From a virus: a DNA stretch of 64,000 bases. Under the pieces are notes generated by a model. It had not been told where the DNA came from, made no database searches, and saw nothing but the letters and a program-made list of their open reading frames with translations. The translations under genes and the position numbers were made by a program. The stretch spans positions 22,445-86,444 of IMG/VR virus record IMGVR_UViG_3300005289_000003; one strand, written 5' to 3'. Of the stretch, positions 57,461-64,000 are shown in pieces; the stretch's first letter is position 1; every line of letters begins with the position of its first letter.

Positions 57461-58288
57461 TCAGGTGATGGAGGCAACACCGTAGGCAAGCGCGCCAGGG
57501 TGAACAACCTTCGCACCGTAGATCATCAGGCCACGCACGTAGTCACCGAAGGAAGCTTGGTGCCGGCCAGCCTCAATGGTTAGCAATTGCTCCGCGTAGG
57601 TGATTGCCTGGTTCGATCCGGCAAGGATTGTCCAGTCGTCACCAGTGGTGTTAGTCAGGTTGTTGGAAACGTAGATTTCGAATCCAAGCGCACGACCAAC
57701 ACGACCGTTGTACAGAGGCTCTAGCGAATTAGATGCCGAGTAGTCCACGAACTTGTCATTAGTTAGAAGAAGTCCGTGGAACCAAGGAGTGACAACAGCC
57801 CAACGAACCGCACGCGATGCATTCGACTGGTCAAGCTTCACCATTAGATCTTTCAGCATGGTGTAAGCCTTGTCGCCATCCGTCACAGCGGTAGTGCTGA
57901 TGACGTTGGCCGCTGCTGCCTGGGTGTAAAGAGACGCTAGATACAGGTCAGCGTCATCACGCATTGCGTAAGAAGCTTCTTGCATGGCCATGGGAACGAA
58001 GTCACCGGCCGCTTGCTTCTTATCAACGTCGTCAACCTTGAACGCAAAGTAGTTCTTTTGGTCAAGGAAGAGGATTTGCTGTGCATCGTTCAGTTCTTCA
58101 TAAGTCACGGACCCCGCGTAGTCGTTCACGGTGGGACGTGAAATAGAAGTGATGCGGACAGATTGACCGGCAGCCTGAACTAGACCTTCATAGTTCCGGT
58201 TAGCCACTGAAGCAAGAACGTGGTCTTTCTTCAGAGACTCTAGGAGGTTAGCCGCCCAAATTTCCGGGCGGAAGTTGATTACTGCCAT
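57461..58288 (-). CDS. major capsid protein
   Basis: FRPEIWAANLL, NRNYEG, GRALGFEIYVSN, VRGLMIYGAKV. Confidence 0.92.
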   Translation of the reverse strand: MAVINFRPEIWAANLLESLKKDHVLASVANRNYEGLVQAAGQSVRITSISRPTVNDYAGSVTYEELNDAQQILFLDQKNYFAFKVDDVDKKQAAGDFVPMAMQEASYAMRDDADLYLASLYTQAAAANVISTTAVTDGDKAYTMLKDLMVKLDQSNASRAVRWAVVTPWFHGLLLTNDKFVDYSASNSLEPLYNGRVGRALGFEIYVSNNLTNTTGDDWTILAGSNQAITYAEQLLTIEAGRHQASFGDYVRGLMIYGAKVVHPGALAYGVASIT

Positions 58289-58366
58289 GCCTGATTCCCT
58301 TTCGGGTCAACGTGTAATTAAACATTGACCCTCCCGGGGTCTCGTCATTTGGCTCCTGGCCTGAAA

Positions 58367-59053
58367 TCAGAATCCTAGGTGCTTAAGCTTACCGGCTTTC
58401 TGAGCATCAACGATTTCCTTTGTGGACATCGTTGCTAGCTTGTCTTCCGTAATAAGCATTTCACCATCGGACCCGCGTACCTCTGTGGTAGCCGCAGAAG
58501 AAGCGGGAGACTTTGGCTTTGCTGTGAAATGCTGACCACTGTCTAGAGCTTCTTTGATAAGAGAGTCTAGAGAGCTTCCGAACTTCTTGTCATCAGGGTC
58601 AAGGCCAACAACTTTGTTCATGAATGAATTGGAGTCAAGAAGCAAATCAGGGTCGGCACCAGCCTTAGAAGCGCGCTTGTGAACTTCATATTGGCGCCGC
58701 GTGTGCTGGTGAGAAGTAACTATCTTCCCATAATCATCAGCAAAAGACTTGGGGTCAAAAGAGTTTTCGTCTTCGATCCCAAAACTTTCTAGAAGCATAT
58801 CATATTTGGCTGCTCTTGTCGCGTGTGCATCACGTTCTGACTCAGCATTCCTGAGGTTCGTACGGTGCTTCTGAGCCTCCCGACGGGCAGAGGCTGTCTC
58901 ACGCTTCCAATAGCTAATGTCGCCATCTGTGTCACTGGCAACCGTCGTCTTTGGTTGCTTAGGTCTGGCAGTTGTTCTAGGAGCTTCTACTACTTCAGGT
59001 TCGTCTGTCTCAACCTCAGGGTTGTCATTCTCTAGGATGTCGTCGTCTTCCAT
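58367..59053 (-). CDS. scaffolding protein
   Basis: Acidic N-terminus, REAQKHR coiled coil, LLDSNSF; precedes capsid. Confidence 0.8.
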   Translation of the reverse strand: MEDDDILENDNPEVETDEPEVVEAPRTTARPKQPKTTVASDTDGDISYWKRETASARREAQKHRTNLRNAESERDAHATRAAKYDMLLESFGIEDENSFDPKSFADDYGKIVTSHQHTRRQYEVHKRASKAGADPDLLLDSNSFMNKVVGLDPDDKKFGSSLDSLIKEALDSGQHFTAKPKSPASSAATTEVRGSDGEMLITEDKLATMSTKEIVDAQKAGKLKHLGF

Positions 59054-59096
59054 ACCTAACTAAATCCCTTCTAGGGTTCTCAAGGAAAGCCTGAGA

Positions 59097-60665
59097 TTAA
59101 GCGTAAGACTCTGTTGTCCCGTCCTGGGGTGAAGAGCTAGGGACGGGTGCCCCGGTGGCTCCTGGTGGCTCTGAGGGGCTTGTAGCGCCAAAGGGGCTAG
59201 CCTTCTCTGGTTGCATGTCCTGGATCTTCTGAACCTCTTCATCAACCATGTCGTCGGACCACTCTGGGTGGAGCATCCGGACCTTAGTTTCCGTAGAGGC
59301 TGCCTTGGCATCCTCAATGGTCTTGACCACAGTTGCCAGAGACATTGGGTTCTCTTTGACCGAGGGAGGAAAGATAACCTTTGGCTTCTCTGGTACTACC
59401 TTGGCACCGAACATCTCATTGGCAATGGTGAGCAGAGCGAAGATGATTTGTCTTAGACTGTCCTGCCAATAACGAATCTTCTTGTCACGGGTTACCTCCG
59501 TCAGTTGCACGCGGGCATTGACTTCGGTAGCCGTGGGTAGTGCGCTGATGCCTTCTCCGAACGTCTGTGGAGAAAACCCAGAGGTACGGAGGATCTGCCG
59601 AATCATGGCGTTGAGGGAAGCTTCGTGCTCCTCCACCCTGATATCAAACTGCGAAGAGGTAATTGATTCCTTCTCGTCAGCAATGATGTTCAGGGGCTGG
59701 TAAACCTCACGCTCATAGTCGAACTGGGAGCCTTGCCCCTTACCCGCACTTTGCAGGTAGGAAGAGGGAACCATAATTCTTGATTTACCAAGACGGATAT
59801 CCCTCATCCATGACGACATGGTTTCGTCTACAGCGGAGAAGAGTTGTTCCACACCCGAATAGTCGGAACGTCCCAGGGGAGCTATCCGAGGATCCTTACG
59901 CCAAATACGGGAAGGTGCCATGTTGGGCACATAGTCAATGGCTAGTAGATCCTTGGGTAGCTTCTCTACTTCGGGAAGGTCCGGGTAGTAAGCCGAAAGA
60001 GGAACCCTGTTGCCTAGGTTCTTCTTCTTACCCAGATATACAGCGTTGAGGATGAACCCTGGTTCGTACCGAGTGAGCAGACGTACATAGACGTCCTTCT
60101 CATCATCCTCTGAAAGACACTGCCAGATGGTAGCCGCTACTAGCTTGCTCCATTTGAACTCAGGAACAACAGTATCCGGACTAGCCGTGGCAATAAACGG
60201 GGTGTCTTTATAGATGGTCTTGTCCCAGGTGACATACAGGTACGCACCCGTTAGAGCAGAGGCAGTCTCAGCAGCAGACAACAAGCATGTGTCTAGCTCT
60301 GATTCAATCCTGAATTCCTCAAAGTGTTCTGTGGTCCGGTCATCCTCAAAGAGGTATTGCGGAGGTTCCGCAAACAGCATGTCAGCAGATGACATAGCAA
60401 TATCTGCGGCTACAGGCACGTGTATTTTCAGGTTGTTCTGACCTGGTGTTGCTGGTTCATTCCAGAAGTTACGAATCTTACCTGTTGAAAACAATTCATC
60501 GTCAAAGGTATCTTGCCGTGGCTCTGCCCTACGTGTCCCGAAGGAAGGCAGGGTGACCAGCCTATTGGGATCTCCTCCGTACCACGTGTCCCATATAGCT
60601 ATTTGCTGATATACGGGAGACATGTACGGGGGCGGCCACGGCGTGCCGTCTTCAGGTAGGGCCAC
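59097..60665 (-). CDS. portal protein (SPP1/A118-like)
   Basis: HVPVAADIA, GRSDY, DETMSSWMRDIRLGK, FDIRVEEH, TATEV. Confidence 0.9.
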   Translation of the reverse strand: MALPEDGTPWPPPYMSPVYQQIAIWDTWYGGDPNRLVTLPSFGTRRAEPRQDTFDDELFSTGKIRNFWNEPATPGQNNLKIHVPVAADIAMSSADMLFAEPPQYLFEDDRTTEHFEEFRIESELDTCLLSAAETASALTGAYLYVTWDKTIYKDTPFIATASPDTVVPEFKWSKLVAATIWQCLSEDDEKDVYVRLLTRYEPGFILNAVYLGKKKNLGNRVPLSAYYPDLPEVEKLPKDLLAIDYVPNMAPSRIWRKDPRIAPLGRSDYSGVEQLFSAVDETMSSWMRDIRLGKSRIMVPSSYLQSAGKGQGSQFDYEREVYQPLNIIADEKESITSSQFDIRVEEHEASLNAMIRQILRTSGFSPQTFGEGISALPTATEVNARVQLTEVTRDKKIRYWQDSLRQIIFALLTIANEMFGAKVVPEKPKVIFPPSVKENPMSLATVVKTIEDAKAASTETKVRMLHPEWSDDMVDEEVQKIQDMQPEKASPFGATSPSEPPGATGAPVPSSSPQDGTTESYA

Positions 60666-60841
60666 TCAGTTATCCCTTCTGACAAAGACAGTGCCCATGG
60701 GCAGGGGGTTCCAAAAGAAGTGCAGAGCCCAGAAGGCAAAGCCTAGGATCATCAGGTCAACACTGTCAGAATCGACACCTAGGGCACGAAGGAAAAACAG
60801 AATAGCTGCAACCAGAGCGAACATGGCTTTACCTCCCGATG

Positions 60842-62140
60842 TTAGGCAGCAGTTTGGTAGAACGAGTAGTCAACCACTTGTGACTTCCACAACATACGGG
60901 TGGTGTAGATGGCATAGCGCAAAGCATCACAAGCGTGGTCGTGAATCTTAAGTGGAACGTCCTGCCCTTTAAGAGCGGCGTTGTTGTCCCATGAATAGGT
61001 AGCCAATTCCTTAATCAAGTGCTCACAACTGCTGTGAATGAAGAGTTGCTTATTAGCCAGCAGTGAAGCCACACATCTAATACCGTCAATGACAGAGTTG
61101 TTTGCCTTGGTGGGAGTAAAGATACCAGCCATCAAGGATTCAACAATGAAGGACCTAGCTGAGGGGTCGATACATACAAAGCGGGGATTAGAAAAGCTCC
61201 CATAGTCCTTCTGAATCTTAGGACCCCCCAGCCAACTGACTATGTCCTGCAAATACTCAGAGTCTGTCTTCTGCTTTTTTTCTTTCTTGGAGTCGTATCG
61301 GAACTCTGATGTCACGTACATCTTTCCATCAGAGAGACCTAGAGCTACGGCGTCAAAAGGGTTAACAGTTCCGTAGTCGACTCCAACAGCGATGAAGTCC
61401 ATGTCTCCTGGTATCTCATCTACCACATGAATGTCAGGGTCAAACATGTCATAGATGGCACCTTCTGCCAGTACCCAGAGACCTTCAATGAATCTCTTGT
61501 ACCAGAGTCCGGTGTATTCACGTTTAATGCTATCGATGTAATCAACAGGAAGATAAGGGTTGTCTTCAAGACGAAAGGAAAACCTAGCCAGATCCAATTG
61601 GCCTGGGATCTCCTTTATGGAACCATCTCCCTGGATCCACAAAGATGCATTCTCAAGGAACTCCGTGTACAACCAGTGCATCATGGAGTCCGGGTTAGTG
61701 GTCGCAAAGAGCTTAGCGTTTTCCAAACGTAGACGAGAAAGAAGCATGGTTGCAAAGGATTGGGGATAGGTACTCAATTCGTCGCAATAGGCCCCACGGA
61801 GTGAGAGGCCACGAATCTTCTCCTGTGCTAGTTCGTCATTAGCACCACAGACATAGATCTTCCTGCCCATGATGTGAACTTCACCAGCACCAACTTTTAG
61901 CTTAACACGGTCTGACCCCAGTAGTTCCATGATGGGGTCAATCACGTTGCGCTTCAAGGTTCGTTCTGTCTTGCCAGCCATCAGGAGTGGCCCTGGTTCA
62001 GCCTTGACCACAAAGTCAATCCAACGAAGAAGACTGGAGACTGTCTTCCCGGAAGACACTGAGCCTTCCCAGATATTAATCCTTCGATCAGAAAGATGGT
62101 AAGCAGTCCTAGCCTTACCAATCAGGGGGCTAACTTCCAT
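60842..62140 (-). CDS. terL: terminase large subunit (PBSX-like)
   Basis: EGSVSSGKT, CDE, TTNP, GVDYG, DPSA, DHACDALRY. Confidence 0.93.
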   Translation of the reverse strand: MEVSPLIGKARTAYHLSDRRINIWEGSVSSGKTVSSLLRWIDFVVKAEPGPLLMAGKTERTLKRNVIDPIMELLGSDRVKLKVGAGEVHIMGRKIYVCGANDELAQEKIRGLSLRGAYCDELSTYPQSFATMLLSRLRLENAKLFATTNPDSMMHWLYTEFLENASLWIQGDGSIKEIPGQLDLARFSFRLEDNPYLPVDYIDSIKREYTGLWYKRFIEGLWVLAEGAIYDMFDPDIHVVDEIPGDMDFIAVGVDYGTVNPFDAVALGLSDGKMYVTSEFRYDSKKEKKQKTDSEYLQDIVSWLGGPKIQKDYGSFSNPRFVCIDPSARSFIVESLMAGIFTPTKANNSVIDGIRCVASLLANKQLFIHSSCEHLIKELATYSWDNNAALKGQDVPLKIHDHACDALRYAIYTTRMLWKSQVVDYSFYQTAA

Positions 62141-62143
62141 TGG

Positions 62144-62911
62144 TTAGAATTCCTCGTCTTCTTCTCTTTCTTTAATCTTCTTCATGTTCAGTTCATGACC
62201 ATAAGAGTTCCAATCGTTCTCACCGGTCATGGCCTTCAACCAGTCATCAATGGTGGAGGACTCATTACGTTCCTTCTCACGCTCATAGGCGTCAAGTCTC
62301 TCCACCACGAACATGAGATTCCTAGCGGCTGTAGACAAGTCCCTAGCCTCACCACCAGGAACTACCGGAACCTCTTCCACCATGATGCGGGTAGCCCCGG
62401 TAGCTACCAGGGTGTACGTGGGCTCCATCAACCTTCTGACAAACTTCTCCGTAACAGCTAGCAAGTCATGCTTAATCCGTTGCTTTCTTTCTTCATTGAC
62501 TCTTCTCAGAACCATAGCGTTGTACTCAGGGATACGACCATCCCAGACCAACCCCATAGCCTGAGAAACCTTGGTAACCGTACCTATAGAGATATCAAGT
62601 TGTTTGGCTGTTCTATTGGCAGACATTCCAGCCAAGTTGCATTCCTTTATTTGCTCCCCATACTTTTCAATAGAGGCACCCATAGTCTTACCCGTGCCCG
62701 TGTGATTACCATTGTTTCTACCAATGTGAAAGACACCAGTCTGTGTGTTCACATAAGGGACTACTTTCTTTACTGCTGCTCTTTCCTCTTTCAAAGAAGT
62801 AGTGCCATCAATCAAGACGTCATGTTTGATGTTCGCCTTGGGAACAATCTTGAGTCTTGTTTTGGCCAATGTTGCTCTCCCAAATATATATACCAGCACG
62901 TGAGGCACCAT
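62144..62911 (-). CDS. probable terminase small subunit (HTH)
   Basis: MSANRTAKQLDISIGTVTKV HTH; immediately upstream of terL; start uncertain. Confidence 0.65.
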   Translation of the reverse strand: MVPHVLVYIFGRATLAKTRLKIVPKANIKHDVLIDGTTSLKEERAAVKKVVPYVNTQTGVFHIGRNNGNHTGTGKTMGASIEKYGEQIKECNLAGMSANRTAKQLDISIGTVTKVSQAMGLVWDGRIPEYNAMVLRRVNEERKQRIKHDLLAVTEKFVRRLMEPTYTLVATGATRIMVEEVPVVPGGEARDLSTAARNLMFVVERLDAYEREKERNESSTIDDWLKAMTGENDWNSYGHELNMKKIKEREEDEEF

Positions 62912-63663
62912 TAATAATTTTCAAAGTTGTCTCAGAAAATATTATTGTTCAGCCCAGTAATTTTCTGAGGTTGACTTTCAAAATATTGTAGGAGGTGCCC
63001 CAAACGATCTTCCTTTGTCAAGGGGGGTGCCCCCCTAACTTTCTGTTACCGCTCACGCAAAGTAATTAATTACCCAGCGTCATGATTTTTTATCGTGACG
63101 AAGAGTAACTTTTTCTCGGTAACTTTGCGTAACTATTTCTTCGTCACTCTCTGTTTCATTTTATTTCTGAACGAAGAGAATAGATGGATGAATGGAATGG
63201 TGAATGGTTTAGTTCGTGCTGCTCTCATGTCTTGTAGAACTCTGTCCGAACTTACCCACATTCTTTCCTCTCGTGTCTCACCCACACACGCACAACTTCC
63301 ATCACAACTCTCTGACCTGCACATACACACCACCTATGTACAACACTGAAGGATACAACAATAGATACCAATGGTAAATGGTAGATGGCAATGCACCAGA
63401 AAGAATGGCTTTGCTACTTCGCAGCAATGGCTAATAGAACGTACCCGGATACACATCTTCTACCAGGACACACACGCTGATTCCTGTAGAAGTAAATGCC
63501 CTTTTTGGGGAAGGCCCTCAGAAAGCCCTAGGCAAATCGTACAGGCCATCTGGGGTGAAGACACCCACCAGGCAGCAACAGGCCCTTAGCTTTGACTACA
63601 GGGCCTTCTGTAGGCATAGCAAAAGAGGCCCCCTTTCAGGGGCCTCTCAGGTCTTGCAGGAAC

Positions 63664-63846
63664 CTAGCTCAGGCAGGAGAAGAAGTCTTCCATTTCCTTC
63701 TCGGCAGCTTCCAGAGCTTCCGGGCTAGGAGTCCCGTAGGTCTCCAGGAAACGGGCCTCCATCTGGCGGTCAAGCTCTGCCCGGTACTCCAGAACCTCAG
63801 AGAGCTTGGCAACCCGGCCAGCACCGAGGAAAACGATGGTGTCCAT
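63664..63846 (-). CDS. hypothetical early protein
   Basis: GAGGAG SD; downstream of promoter. Confidence 0.65.
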   Translation of the reverse strand: MDTIVFLGAGRVAKLSEVLEYRAELDRQMEARFLETYGTPSPEALEAAEKEMEDFFSCLS

Positions 63847-63887
63847 TTTGGCTCCTCTTTTTAGTTAAGTTCTTGCGGTGTGTCTTA

Positions 63888-63925
63888 AGTATGAAGGAGC
63901 GGCAAGCGGAAGTCAAGAAAAAGTT
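63888..63925 (-). promoter_or_regulatory. sigma70-type promoter
   Basis: TTTTTC-TTGACT-17 nt-CATACT. Confidence 0.65.
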
Positions 63926-64000
63926 TTGAGGGGAAATATCCGGCGACAGGGGAAATATCGGGATATGTCCTAGCTTGTCCTGAAATGTCCGATTCGGGAC

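Noticed and set aside
62920-63420. ORFs in the AT-rich region upstream of the terminase genes
   Set aside because: Low-complexity sequence with no SD. It is probably a non-coding control or packaging region, but no specific site could be supported.

Overview
This window is a 64-kb segment of a large tailed (siphovirus-type) phage, probably infecting an actinobacterium. That host call rests on a short-armed tRNA-Leu(CAA), an Lsr2-like gene, an FxLYD-like lipoprotein and an actinobacterial-type TROVE protein. Layout: (1) 1-15.9 kb (+): 22 CCA-less tRNA genes mixed with structured non-coding RNA candidates, many micro-ORFs, an HNH endonuclease and a Ro60/TROVE gene. (2) 16-30 kb (+): DNA metabolism (ParB-like, gp32-like SSB, DnaE, RecA, resolvases, Cas4-like nuclease). 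(3) 30-36.5 kb (-): a putative early operon with strong promoters, DUF932, PRTase, a tRNA-Glu and anticodon-less mini-tRNA spacers. (4) 36.8-39 kb (+): tRNA-Thr and UDG. (5) 39-63 kb (-): a virion module from terminase to a collagen-like fibre and a glycosyltransferase. The most striking element is a tandem array of six Y-RNA-like units (10720-11505) directly upstream of Ro60. All six share one covarying scaffold but carry different cargo; two carry circularly permuted tRNAs. A permuted seventh copy of the scaffold covers the Ro60 Shine-Dalgarno sequence, which suggests autoregulation. Six paralogous, translationally coupled CxCC...CxxCxH micro zinc-finger ORFs (7127-7988) are too short to appear in the ORF track. 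All calls come from reading the sequence by eye; no searches or folding programs were run.
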